The notes below the pieces were generated by a model that saw only the letters and a program-made list of their open reading frames with translations, did not search any database and had not been told where the DNA came from. Made by a program: the position numbers and the translations under genes. From the human T2T-CHM13v2.0 reference genome, Homo sapiens: a DNA stretch of 64,000 nucleotides. This document shows positions 32,020 through 46,045 of the stretch, in pieces (within the stretch, counting starts at the first letter, position 1; each line of letters starts with the position of its first letter). The stretch lies in the NCBI RefSeq assembly GCF_009914755.1, contig NC_060928.1. One strand, 5' to 3'.

Positions 32020-32721
32020 CATTATTTTCTAAACTATTGTATATGCTTCTCTGGGCCATATACTATAATATCTTAACCTATAAAATACAAATGTCTGCAG
32101 CCTGCTTGGGCTTGAATTCCTCCCCAGAAAATAAGTTTTCCTTCTCTACCACATGATTGGGCTGCAAATTTTCCAAACTTTTATGCTCTGCTTCCCTTTT
32201 AAATACAAGTTCCAATTTCAGACCATCTCTTTCTTTACGCAAATGAGCATAGGCTTTTAGGAGCCACCAGGCCACATCTTCGAGGCTTTGCTGCTTAGAA
32301 AATTCTTCCACGAGCTACCCTAAATCATCTCTCTCAAGTTCAAAGTTCCACAGATCTCTAGGGCAGAGGCAAAATGCCACCAGTCTTTTTGCTGAAGCAT
32401 AGCAAGGGTGATTTTTACTCCAGTTCCTAATAAGTTCCTCATCTCCTTCTGGGACCACCTCAGCCTGGACTTCATTGTCCATATCACTATCAGCATTTTG
32501 ATCAAAACCATTTAACAAGTCTCTAGGAAGTTCCAAACTTTCCCACATCTTCCAGTCTTCTTCGGAGCCCTCCAAACTGATCCAACCTCTGCTCATTACC
32601 CAGTTCCAAAGTCACTTCCACATTTTCAGGTATCTTAGTAGCAGTGCCCCACTCCCAGTACCAATTTTCTGTGTTAATCCATTCTCACATTGTTATAAAG
32701 AACGGCCTGAGACTGGGTAGT

Positions 32722-33084
32722 TGATACGGTTTTACTGTGTCCCTACCCAAGTCTCATATTGAATTGTAGCTCCAATAATTCCCACATGTTGTAGGAGGCA
32801 CTTGGTGGGAGGTAATTGAATCATGGTAGCGGGTCTTTCCCATGCTGTTCTCATGATAGTGAATAAGTCTCACAAGATCTGACGGTTTTATAAAGGGGAG
32901 TTCCCCTCCACACATTCTCTTGCCTGCCACCAAGTAAGATGTGACTTTGTTTCTCATTCACCTTCTGCCATGATTGTGAGGCCTCCCAGCCATGTGGAAC
33001 TGTGAGTCAATTAAATCTCTTTCCTTTATAAATTACCCAGTCTTAGCTAAGTCCTTATTAGCATCATGAGAACAGACTCATACA
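32722..33084 (+). mobile_element. THE1B/C solo LTR inserted antisense into the MaLR LTR
   Basis: tgatacggttttactgtgtccctaccc ... gaacagactcataca, 363 bp; exact TSD GTAGT at 32717-32721 and 33085-33089. Confidence 0.93.
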
Positions 33085-35089
33085 GTAGTTTATGTAGAAA
33101 AGAGGCTTAATTGACTCACAGTCCTGCATGGCTGGGGAGGCCTCAGGAAACTTACAATCATGGCAGAAGATGAACGGGAAACAAAGCATATCCTCAGAGT
33201 GAGAGAGAGAGAGAGTGAAGGGGAAAGTGCCACACACTTTTAAACTGTCACAGCTCATAAGAACTCATTCATTATCATGAAAACAGCAAGGGGGAAATCC
33301 ACCCCCATGATCCAATCACCTCACACCATGCCCCCTCCTCCAATTCGACAGATTTGGGTGGGGATACAAATCCAAACCATATCAATAATTAATACTACTA
33401 AACTGTACATTTAAAAATAGTTAATATGGTAAATTTTATGTTTTGTTTTTTACTACTACCACCAAAACAAAATAATTGCTTAAAAGTTAATGGAAATGAA
33501 GATCTGTAACAAGACCAATAAACTTTTCATACTCTGTGAAAATTTCATTGGTCTATCATGCCCTTTGAGTGGATTCTTTACCTATGCATAATTTTGTAAC
33601 AGCATACATTGGTCTTTTAAAAAATATGAGTTCACATATATATGCAGATGTTCCAAATGTTGATAGGTCAAGGAATCACATTAGTTAATATCACCAACAA
33701 TCTTTCAGAAAAATCTTTTTCTTAAGTATTAGGAAGCTGTCAAGATCACAGTAGCAGGATAATTTTCCCCAAACTCTAATATTTTATTTAAAGCTCAAAT
33801 TTTAACATCAGTGACAATGTCAGTTGTTTCCCTGTAGTGGCAGCCTCATTTTGCTCATTCCCAAGGAAATATATGCCAAGTACCTTCATCTAAAAAATCA
33901 CAGCTTGTTTATTAGTTATTGTTTCAGTAAAAGTCTAATTCCATAAAAATGTGACTAGTTCAGCACGCTACCTAAAAAGTGTCACAAATGCTTTTCTTCA
34001 AACAATCATTTCATTTTGGTTTACAGTTGAAGTCTTTTATGCATAATTTGCATTTTATTCTGCAGAATATTATAAAAATTGGACACAAGTGTCAAACTTT
34101 AATAAAATGAATAATTTTTACTTTATTTTCAGGGACATTCAAAATGAAACCAGCATTTGTTTTTACTGAGTGTATGGCAAAGATGGGCCAAATGCCAACT
34201 AGTACAATTTGGTGCCACTATCTTGGTTCATACCAAGCATTACGAGTTTTGCTCACAATTAATTTTGCACTTTTAGTGCAAGTTATGCAGGAAAAATCAC
34301 CAGAATTAAAAATGTTATTCAAAAAATTTGAATACTCGATTATCACCAATATTTGTTTCCAAGCCTTCACATAAAGAAAATCTGAAGACTAATTGGGCCT
34401 AATATCAGACAAATACAGTCAGTTCATTCATGCCTATAGACTTGCCCATTTAAAAGACAAAAAGTACAGTTCTGCTGACAAAATAGTAATTCAATCTTTA
34501 TGTTTACAGCTAAATAGGTAATTTAGTGATTTACTGTATTGTCATACAGTGGCCATAACTTACATTGCTTACCATTTATTCAGCAGATATTCAGCCGAAT
34601 ATCTCAAATATACAAGATGTCATTATTTTCTAAGCTATTGTATATGCTTCTCCAGGCAATATACTATAATATCTTAACCTACAAAATGTGTAAGTGGGTT
34701 TTTCATTATGAGTTTGAAAAGTTGTAACAAATTTTGGCTTTTAAAGAGATCACATCTATATTTCAAATACTCAATTCTTAATTCTTTGCTCTGAATAATT
34801 GATCTCAAAATGATACCACCATTCAAGTAATGACAAACCATATGTCATATAGAGTAATGACAAATCATATAGCCACTGAAAAACTCACTGTATAATTTTG
34901 AGCAGATAAGAGTGAGTGATAACTATCAGTGAAAATGGTGGTATAGGTCACTCCAAGGGCCTGTCCCTCAACAGAAACATCAAAAAATCAACTAAAACTG
35001 TCAGAACAAACTTTGTTAGAATTCTAGAAAACAATCAATGCATATGCTAAATCAAAAAAAAGCAACTTAAAATAGTGGGAATATATAAT

Positions 35090-35545
35090 TATGTACATAG
35101 CAGCATTAGTCACAATAGCCAAAAGGTAGAAGCAACCCAAATAACCTTTGATGAATAAATGCATAAATGAATGTAGTATATGCAACCAATAGTGTATGAG
35201 TCAGCCATATAAAGGAAGTTCTGAAACATGTTACAACATGGATAAACCATAAAGACATTATGCTAAGTGAAATAAGACAGTCACAAATTCATAGAGACGT
35301 GAATAGAGACAAAAAGTAGAATGCTGGTTTCCAGGGATTAGCAGGGAAAAATAAATGAGAAATTACTGTTTAACGGATACAGACTTTTAGCTTTGCAAGA
35401 CGAAAACAATTTTGGAGATGGATGGTGGTGGTATATAACTATGGGAATGTAATTAATGCTACTGGAATATACACTTTAAAGTGATTATAATGGTAAATTT
35501 TATGGTGTGTCCATTTTGCCATGACTAAAAATTTTTTAAAAAACA
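35090..35545 (+). mobile_element. L1MB 3' fragment nested in the 5'UTR of the older L1
   Basis: 'cacaatagccaaaaggtagaagcaaccc', 'ggagatggatggtggtg', 'atggtaaattttatg'. Confidence 0.82.
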
Positions 35546-37968
35546 AAACTTTGAGAAGATTATGTTCCAAAATAATAAAACAAGTAACCAAATTTCTCAA
35601 ACATTGAATCATCATAAAAATTAAAGATATTAAGAAGAAAAATACACATTCAGAATCACTTCAAAAAGCATTTAATTATAATATTACATTGGCTATATGA
35701 CAAGATTGTGGAATTTGTCTAAGAAATTCAATAATTATTAAAATTATAATGTTTCTTCAGTTTATTTTTTTACAAAAATTACATTTGCAAAAACATTACT
35801 TAAAATATGGAATTGTTTGGTAAGAAAGATTATCCTAAGAAAATAATAGAAACTCTTTGTGGCATTTCAATTTGCCTTTGCACTTCCATTTTTCTAGCTT
35901 TGCAGTGGTCTTTTAAATGGCCAACCACATTCCCAGTGAGGAACTTTAGCTCCTGGTTCGAAAGGGAGCAGAGTAAACCTTATTTGAAAAGAATCATGTT
36001 TGTCTTCTATAACCTAATTAAAGACTACCTGAAGGACGTGACTAAAGGCACTTGTCTTTGTTTCACCTGACTCAAACTCACTCATGTTGGAAAGCAGCAA
36101 ACATTTAAATATATATGACAAATAAGCAACCTGCAGCTACCTACAGCAAAAAAAAGGTACAGTTAGAACAAACAGTAAAGCACATAATACCTCAAAAGAA
36201 AATCCGGAGAGATTATTTCAAAATTAGTGCATTCAAAATCAACCACATATGCTGGGAATACAGGATATCACACAAATGACCCAGGAAGGACACATGCTAG
36301 AAATAAGTAAAGAAAATTCTAAGCTTTTAGTTCTAACTGATCTCTACGTTCAGTAAAAGCAGGAAGTAAAACCAAGGCTGAGTTGTAAACAACCTGGCTA
36401 TTCATTGGAGGAGTGTCTGCATGGAGAAAATCTGCAAAACCTCTAAGAAGCTTTTTATTTTTTTTTCTCCCCCCTCTCTCTCTCTCTCTCTCTCTGTCTT
36501 CCTCTCTTGTCTTCAGACTTCCAAGGAAATTGTCATGAAATCACTGGCTAAATAAACACAACCTATAGAAACAGAGACTTTACAGAACACATGACCAAGA
36601 ATACAAACTCGACAAAAATATATAAAAAGCTGCTAAGTACACAAACAGCTACCACCACAGCAAACACAAAAATATAATTTCCATAGTTACCATATTGTAT
36701 GTAATTTGTCCAATTTTCAATGAAAAATTATAAAGTGTGCAAATAAACAAGAAAGTATGATCCATTTACAGATTTAAAAAACAAAAATCTATTCTTCCTG
36801 AGGAGACACAAGCACTGTACTTACTGAAGAAAGGACTTAGGTAAACTGTCTTAAATATGCTCAAAGAACTAAGGGAATACATGGAAAATAAGCTAAAAGA
36901 AACAAGGAAAACAATATCTGACCAATAGATAATACTAATAGAGAGATAGAAATTACAAAAAGAAACCAAACAAATTCTGGAGATAAGAAATACACTAGAC
37001 TGAAATAAAAAATTCACTAGAAAGTTTCAAAAGTAGCTTTATACAAGCAGAATAAACAACCAGCAAACTTGAAGTCAGGTAAATTTAAATTATTTAGTCT
37101 GCAGGCAAAAAGAATAAAAGGTGAATATAGTTGCAAAATTATAAATGAAGTGTTAGCAAACTTATTCCAGTAATATATAAAATGGATAACATAATTTTCA
37201 GGTTGGGTTTATTTGAGATTGCAAAGTTTGACTTAATATTAGAAAATCAACCAATGTAATTCACCACAGTAACAGATTAAAAGAGAGAAATAATATGACC
37301 ATCCCAATAGATGTCAAAAAAACATGTAATTAAAAAAATATGAACAGAGCATAAGACCTGTGGGACAACATCCATCACTCCATCATACCCATGAGAATCC
37401 CAGAAGGAGAAGATACAGAAAGAGTAAGTGGCAAAAAGAATATTTGAAGAAATAATGGCCAGAACCTTCCCGAAGTAGACACTACATATTCAAGAAATTC
37501 AATGAACTCCAAGTAAAAGAAACACAAAGATATTCATACCAAGACATATTATGATTTTAAGTTGTTCAAAGACAAAGATAAAGAAGAATGTTGAGAGAAG
37601 CAAGAGAGTAGCAACTGTCCTTCATAATCCTCAATAAAATTAACAGCATACTTCTTATCAGAAACCATCAAGACCAGAAGGAAATGGGAAGACATTTGTA
37701 TAGTGCAGAAGGAAAAGAAAGTCGTCAACAAAGATTTCTGTATCCAGAAAAACTATTTTCTCAAAATGAAAGAGAAATTAAGATACTCCCAGATAAACAA
37801 AAGCTGAGGGAGTTCATTACCAGTAGACCTGACCCAAAGAAATGCTAAAGAGAGTCCACCTGGCTAAAATGACAGAATGCTAGACAGTATCTAGAAGCTA
37901 TAAAAAACATAACTCCAGTAAATGCAACTACAAAGGTAAACATAAAAGTCTGTACTATTGTATTTTGA

Positions 37969-38340
<372 letters not shown>

Positions 38341-38470
38341 TATGGTTATATATCTTTTAGTAGGCACACAATTTATAAAGACTTAAGTTGGGACAATATG
38401 AAACAGAGTGTTTTTATGCTATTGAGGCTATGTTGGTATCAATTTAAACATTCTTCAGGACAGATCATTT

Positions 38471-40013
38471 TGTGTCCGGAATTGGTAGGTTCTTGGGCTC
38501 ACTGACTTCAAGAATGAAGCTGTGGACCCTCACGGTGAGTGTTACAGTTCTTAAAGGCGGCGTGCCTGGAGTTTGTTCATTCCTCCCGTCTGGAGTTGTT
38601 CATTCCTCCTGGTGGGTTCGTGGTCTCGCTGGGTCAGGAGTGAAGCTGCAGACTCACGGTGAGTGTTACAACTCATAAAGGCAGTGTGGACCCAAAGAGT
38701 GAGCAGCAGCATGATTTATTGCAAAGAGTGAAAGAACAAAGCTTCCACAGTGTGGAAAGGGACCCAAGTAGGTTGCCACTGCTGGCTTAGGCAGCCTGCT
38801 TTTATTCCCTTATCTGGCCCCACCCACATCCTGCTGATTGGTCCATTTTACAGAGAGCTGAGTGGTCTGTTTTACAGAGAGCTGATTGGTCCGTTTTGAC
38901 AGGGTGCTGATTTGTGTGTTTATAATCCCTGAGCTAGACACAAAAGTTCTCCAAGTCCCCACAGAGCACTGATTGGTGCATTTACAAACCTTGAGCTAGA
39001 CACAGAGTGCTGATTGGTGTGTTTGCAAACCTTGAGCTAGACACAGAGTGCTGATTGGTGCATTTACAATCCCTTAGCTAGACCAAAAGGTTCTCTAAGT
39101 CCCCACTAGATTAGCTAGACACAGAGCAGTGAATGGTGCATTTACAAACCTTGAGCTAGACACAGGGTGCTGATTGGTGCATTTACAAACCTTGATCTAG
39201 ACCCAGAGTGCTGATTGGTGTATTTACAATCCCTTAGCTAGACATAAAGATTTCCCAAGTCCCCACCAGATTAGCTAGATACAGAGTGCTGATTGGTACA
39301 TTTACAAACCTTGAGCTAGACACAAAGTGCTGATTGGTGTATCTACAATCTCTTAGCTAGACATAAAGTTTCTCCAAGTGCCCACTAGACTCAGGAACCC
39401 AGCTGGCTTCACCTAGTGGATCCTGCACCAGGGCTGCAGGCGCAGCTGCCTGCCAGTCACACGCGGTGTGCCAGCACTCCTCAGCCATTGGGTGGTCGAT
39501 GGAACCAGGCTCTGTGGAGCAGGGGGTGGTGCTTGTAGGGGAGGCTTGGGCATGCAGGAGCCCAAGGGGTGGGGGGTGGCGGCTCAGGCATGGCGGGCTG
39601 CAGGTCCCGAGCCCTGCCCTGCGGGGAGGCAGCTGAGGCCCGGCAAGAATTTGAGAGCAGCGCGCCAGCGGGCCAGTCGCACCCTCTGCAGCTGCTGGCC
39701 CGGGTGCTAAGACCCTCACTGCTTGGGCCGGGGCACCAACCAGCCACTCCGAGTGCGGGGCCAACGGAGCCCATGCCCACCTGGAGCTCAAGCTGGCCTG
39801 CAAGCGCGGCACACAGCCCGGGTTCCCTCCGGCACCTCTCCCTCCACACCTCCCTGCAAGCAGAGGGAGCTGGCTCCGACCTGACCAGCCCAGAAAGGGG
39901 CTCCCATAGTGCAGCGGCAGGCTGAAGGGCTCCTCAAGCATGGCCAGAGTGGGCGCCGAGGCCGAGGAGGTGCCGAGAGTAAGCAAGGGCTGCCAGCACG
40001 CTGTCACTTCTCA
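38471..40013 (-). mobile_element. LTR12 (ERV9; C/D-type) solo LTR, 1543 bp
   Basis: tgtgtccggaattgg ... gccagcacgctgtcacttctca; internal ~41-bp repeats with CTGATTGG; GC-rich U3; TSD attt/atat; host L1 continuous across it. Confidence 0.95.
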
Positions 40014-40813
40014 ATATGTTAGGCAACACAGCAAATCTCACTAAACAGATTTTAAAAGTATACAAATTTTCATCTCCAGACACTATTGAATGAAGCTAGA
40101 AATCAAAACTAGAAACTATTTCCCAAATATGAGAAAATTGAATAAACCATTCTTAACCCATTGGACAAAGAAGAAATTGTAAAGAAATTTGGAAAATACT
40201 AGGGAAAAATGAAAATAAAAATACAATACATCGAAACATATGAGACAGCAAAAGCAGTGTTTAGAGGGAAATTTGTAGAAATAAACACATCTTAAAAAAA
40301 AGAAAGATCTCAAACCACTACCCTAACTTTATACCTTAAAAAACTAGAAAAAGTAGAACAAATAAAACTCAAAGCTAATAGAAGGAATGAAATAATAAAT
40401 ATTGAAACATAAAAAAGTAGTATAGACTAGAAAAATAGAAAAGATCAACAAAACCAAACAATGGCTCATTGAAAAGATGGAGAAAGTTAACAAACCTTCA
40501 GCTAGACTGACAAGAGGGAGAATGCAAATAACTAAAATTAGAAATGAAAGCAGAGGCATTACTATCAACCTTAGAGACTTATAACAGGTAGAAAAATTGA
40601 ATCAGTAGTCAAAATGTCCCCACAAAGAAAGCCACTATCAGATGGCCTCACTGGCAAATTCTAGCAAACATTTAAAGAAGAACTAGCACCAATTCTTCTC
40701 AAACTATTCCAAAAAAATAGAAGAGGAAAAACCATTTTCTATTTCATTATATCAGGTCAGCATTACTCTGATAATAAAACCACATGAATATACCATAAGA
40801 AACAAAAATTACA

Positions 40814-41113
40814 GGCCAGGCATGGTGGCACATTCCTGTAATCACAGTATTTTAGAAGGCTAGGTTGGGAGGATCACTTGAGCCCAGGACTTCAAGACCA
40901 GCTTGGGCAACATAGCAAGATCCTGTTACTAAAAACTGAAGAAAAAATAGCGGGGTGTGGTAGTGTGCACCTGTTGTCCTAGCTCTTCGGGAGGTTGAGT
41001 TAGGGTAATTGTTTGAGCTCAGGAGTTCGAGGCTACAGTGAGCTAAGATTCTGTCACTGCACTGTAGCCTAGGCTGCAGACTGAGACTGTCTTAAAAAAA
41101 GAAAAAATAAAAA
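40814..41113 (+). mobile_element. AluJ
   Basis: 'ggaggatcacttgagcccagga', 'gggcaacatagcaaga', 'ggagttcgaggctacagtgagcta'. Confidence 0.93.
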
Positions 41114-42753
41114 GAAACAGACCATTATTCTCTGTGAATATTATTATACTCAATAACCAAGTAGGACTTACCCCAGGAATGCAAGGGTAGTTCAAAGCTC
41201 AATATAAAAAATATCAATCGATATATAGCACATTAATAGAACAAGGGGAATGATACATGACCATCTCAACTGACACAGTAAGAAGTATTTCACAAAATGC
41301 AAAACATTTTCATGATTAAAAAAACACTACAAAAATTAGGAATAGAAAATAATTTTACCAACATGAAAAACGGTATTTGTGAAAACTCACGGCTAACACC
41401 CTCATAGTAAAAAACTGAAAGCTTTTCCCTTAGGAAAAGTGAAAACTGAAAATTTTTCCCTTTGTCTTCTTTCCTTTCAACATTGTACTGAAAGTTCCAA
41501 GCAGCAATTAGGCAAGAAAAATAAATGAAAGTAATCCAGATTGGAGATGAAATCTATCTCTATTCATAGAAAAATCCCAAAGAATCCTTACACCCACAGG
41601 AAACTACTAGAGCTAACAAATGAATTCAGCAAAGTTGTAGGATACATGAATGCACACACACAAGTTTTGTTTCTGCACACTGTCAATGATCAATCTGAAA
41701 ATAAAATTAAGAAAACAATTCCACTTACAATAGTCCAAAATAATAAAATACCAAGGAATAAATTTGACCAAGGAGGGAGAAACTTGTACACTGAAAACTT
41801 CAAAACATTCCTGAAGTTTAAAGACTTAACTAAATAGAAATATATTCTGTGTTTGTAGACTAAAAGACAATTTTTGGATGGCAATATTATGCAAAGCAAT
41901 CTATATATCAATGCAATCCCTATTAAAATTCAATAGCTTTTTTTGACAAATAAACAAATTGATTCTCAAACTCACATGGAATTGCAAGGGGCCTTGAACG
42001 TTATAGCCTAATTATACTGGGAAAAAAAACACAACAATGTTGGAGCACTCACAATTTCCAATTTCAAAACTTCCTACAAAGCTACAACAATAAAATTACA
42101 AAGGGCCTAAAGTGCGGTGGTTGCACACTATTGTGAATGTACTAAGTGACACTGAAATGTTCACTTCAAAACGGTGGATTTTATGTTAGGTAAATTTCAT
42201 TTCAATTATAAAATTGATATTGACAAAGACAATAACTTCTTAATATTATTATTAAATAGGTTTGACCTCATGGACACCTAAAAATTATCTTAGGGGCTCC
42301 AGAGTTCCCTAGATCCCAAGTTGCAAACCACAGATTGTTCCTTATATAACCAGTTTATTGATGGATTTTAAATAGTTGGGTATCAAATAATTTTTTATTA
42401 TTTTCATCATGCTTATGATGTTTGATAACCCTTTTCTTCTAGGTAATAAGTCTCAACATTTTTGGCCAGATTCCATATTTACCATGTCACATTCAATTAC
42501 TAGCACAGTTTGATTTTGGTATTTAAGAATCAGTCCTGTTAAGTTTTAAATAAATTCAAACCTTTCTGTCACCCCCATCCTTAGCTGCCCAGGACAGATA
42601 AGGGAGCTGCAGCTGATTAGCACAGAGGAGACAGGTGTCTTTTATTTCAGGAGCATCTCTCCCTTTTGTACATGGTAGCTTCTTGGTGGCAGAAGAAAGA
42701 AGGGCTCGTTGGTGGAGGCAAAAGTCTAACTTGGCTGCCTACCTTTTAAAATA

Positions 42754-43090
42754 CTGATTAATTTACTCTGCAAGCATTTATTATCTACTCTGTGCCAGTC
42801 ACTGTCCAAGGAGTTAAAATATAACTATGAACAGAACTTTCAAAAAATCCTGTCTTTATGCATCTTACATTCTATTAAGGAAGCCAGACAATAAACAAGG
42901 TGAATACATATATAGCAAGTTAGTTATAAGTGATTAAAATAAAACATGCAGTAGGTAGCAGACACACAGAGTTCTTGGGGGTTGTGACACTAGCTGGAGT
43001 AACCTTGGAATGACTTAGATAGTAATATTGGCATAAGTTTTAAAGGAGGATAAAAAGAGAAATAGGTCAATATTTGGAGGAATAGTGTGA
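42754..43090 (-). mobile_element. L2a 3' fragment
   Basis: 'aagcatttattatctactctgtgccagtcactg', 'cttacattcta...agacaataaacaa'. Confidence 0.7.
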
Positions 43091-45063
43091 AACGGAAAGG
43101 GTCCCAGTAAATTTTTTTACTCTGTTTTTTTTCTGTTGCAAGGAGCAGCTGATGTGGTGATCTGAACTGTTTTCTTGGGGTGATGATCAGTTTTTCTCCC
43201 CATGTTCTCTGATACTAATGACTCAATTAAGAAGAGCCATCACATCTCCACGTAGCCCCTCCATCATGCACCCTCAGCTCCCTGGTTCTAGAGTAACATC
43301 ATTAACCTCTGTGCTCCTTCACATGGAGCCTTGAAAAATGCTAGAGTTCTCCTCTGAGCTTTCTGAGTTATAGAGAACTGGAATCTGGTAGAGATGGCCT
43401 CTTCTTCCAGTCATTCCCATGCCAAGGTTTCTTTAAGCCTGCTCCTGCTAACAAGGACAACTGCAATGAGCCCCCTATAGAAATCTCTAGACCTGATTCA
43501 AGAACCAGTACTTAAGTTCAAGTATACCCCCAAGTTACAAGGGACACATATTATGCTCCTCTCTCATCTCCTCAACAGCAGGGCTACCACACCCCTAGAC
43601 TTCCAGAATACTCTCCTGAGAGTATTCTCCTTACATTCCCCTTCAAAAAATATAGTACCATTTTGGCCCTGTGGGTTCTGTAGCTCAGCAAGAGTGTCAC
43701 CAGGCAGCTGGGGGGAAAAAAGCTTGTCTCCTCTTCTTGGAGACATCTTCAATCTTCAAGTTGTTCTCTAAGAGGCCTTATCACAGAGCAATTGAGGGAA
43801 AGATCACTTTCTTATCTCCACCCCATAGGAAAGGATGAGAATCAGTTCTCATCATGAATATCTTCCTCTGCAAAGTTAACTACTTGAGCTGACAGATATA
43901 TTGACTGGGTGATATATACTGATAGTGACACTGGTGGGCAGTGGTGGTAAGCTGGATTTACACTGGCATTTTCTAGGGAAATAGTTGACCTTAATTACTA
44001 TTGGTTTCTTAAAAATGTGGGTCATTAACAACCTTTTGTCTTCAGCCAGAATTACAATTTCTTGGCATGATATTAAAATTATTTTATAGGTGTCTGCAAA
44101 AAGTGACCGCAACTATAATAATTATGCCAATATAAATATCAGAGAATATCTCCAATATTCTTATGCAGGAATGGAAATTCCAAATTATAATTTTTTCTGC
44201 AAAAACTTAATGTATTTTAATCTAATCAATATTTTATCTAAGTCAAGTTTATGTGAAATTTTTATCTTTTAATTACAAGCCTAGATTATTTTAAAACCTA
44301 AAATATGACAAAAGATTAGTAGTGCAGTTATCTGGCTTTCCTACAAAATAAAATATATTTCAAAAAATTTAAATAGCATCTCTTCAATGATTTTCACTTA
44401 CTGTAGTCACTAATATCTGTATAACCCTTACACATATCTAGCTTTATTTAAGGGTAAAAGTAGATACAGTGCTTTATTTGCATAACCATTCTATTTGGCC
44501 ATAATTTCTAAGAACTAAAGTAAATCCCTAAAATCATAATTTCATATTTTTGCTTTACAACTAATAATGTTATTGATTAACATATTTGAACTTAAAAAAT
44601 TATTGACTGATATCCTAATCATGGAAAATACATTTTAATTACTGTAATCAAGTTAGAAATTAGACACATTATCCCTAAATTCCATTCCCAAATGTAGAGA
44701 AACTATAAGAGAAACTAATAATAGACAAGACTAGCATGCTTTTTCTCACATGTAATACTTGTTACCAGTGCCTAATGGCCCAAGTCTAGGAGATACCATT
44801 CAAACTGTATTCTATGTCAATGGAATTGTGCTGTAGAAGCTGCCATTCTCATATATTCTATGACATAAAATACAATGTGAATGGTGTACCCTGGTGTTGG
44901 GCAACTTGGCAGCCATGCTCATAAAATGTTATTTTTAATATTTAATATTTAATTCCATTAAGGCTAAAAAAAGGAACACAAAGAAATAGAAATTTAAGTT
45001 TGAAAGAAATAAATGTGAAACCAGTAATAAAGTTACTGATAAATTATAAAGTTAATGGAAAGT

Positions 45064-45426
45064 TGTAGTAGTCCATATTCACGCTGCTATAAAGAACTGC
45101 CTCAGTCTGGATAAATTATAAAGAAAAGAGGTTTAATTGACCACAGTTCCTCATGGGTGGGGAGACCTCAGGAAACTTACAATTATGGTGGAAGGGGAAG
45201 CAGGCATGTCTTATATGGCAGGAGGTGAGAGACAGAGGGTACAATAACAGAGAAAACTGCCTTATAAAACCATCACATCTCATAAGAACTCACTCATTAT
45301 CATGAGAACAGCATGGGGGAGACCGCCCCCATGTTCCAATCACCTCACACCAATTTGCTCCTTCAACATTTCGGGATTACAATTCAAGACTAAATTTGGG
45401 TGAGGAAACAAAGCCTAACCATATCA
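45064..45426 (-). mobile_element. THE1D-type solo LTR
   Basis: tgtagtagtccatattcacgctgctataaag ... gcctaaccatatca; TSD aaagt/taagt. Confidence 0.92.
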
Positions 45427-45799
45427 TAAGTGAATTATTTCTTTATTTTTGCATAATCATGTATCATTTAGAATATAATGTATAGATAGAATCTTACTGC
45501 ATCACACAAAGAACCACCTCCAACTTACTGTCTCCAAATAATCAAATCAGGCCTATCACCCCAATTTCCATACCTTTCCTGAGCCTTTGCAGGCAAAAGT
45601 AAAAATAGAAAATAAAGACAAACAGGGAAATGTTGGAAAAGAAACTTGGAACAGTTTGTCAGTTCAAGACAGAGAGATTTATGGTGCAGATACCAGAAGA
45701 CAGAGCAAAGTCTCATGACCAAAATGGCTCTAAAAAGGAAGGTCTTTACTGCTTTTATACATGCCATTAGTTCTCACCAAATACCAGTTCTGGTTAATA

Positions 45800-46045
45800 A
45801 AATAACAATAGCACAGTGAGAATTGCCCTACCTGCCAGACACTGAGCTTAAGTATTTATGCACATGTCAGTAATCTATTTCTTCATAATAAACTTTGATG
45901 TAGACATGTTTCTTGGCTTAAGGAGAAAAAAGCTAAGGTTTGTAGAGGTTTGAATACACAGTACTTCAACCCTGGTGAGTGAAGTACTCAAGAATCCATC
46001 TAACATCTAACTCCAAAAGCCATAGGCTCCTAATCACGATCTTAT
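45800..46045 (-). mobile_element. MIR fragment (followed by probable L2 remnant to ~46300)
   Basis: 'acctgccagacactgagcttaagtattta', 'ctaactccaaaagcc'; 'ttcattcagtcaatcattcattca'. Confidence 0.55.

Noticed and set aside
34826-34870. Short direct repeats (agtaatgacaaa.catat x2; also ~41410-41461 and ~51571-51650)
   Set aside because: Ordinary slippage duplications in decayed repeats or TA-rich DNA.
33477-34910. Charlie transposase as a domesticated ZBED/Buster-like gene
   Set aside because: Many stops and frameshifts, and it is interrupted by insertions; a neutral fossil.
38830-39370. Regularly spaced repeats resembling a CRISPR array
   Set aside because: These are the standard LTR12 U3 tandem repeats in primate DNA; there are no unique spacers and no cas genes.
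39357-40007. 216-aa ORF and overlapping ORFs
   Set aside because: They fall in the GC-rich LTR12 U3, where stop codons are scarce; no recognisable protein.
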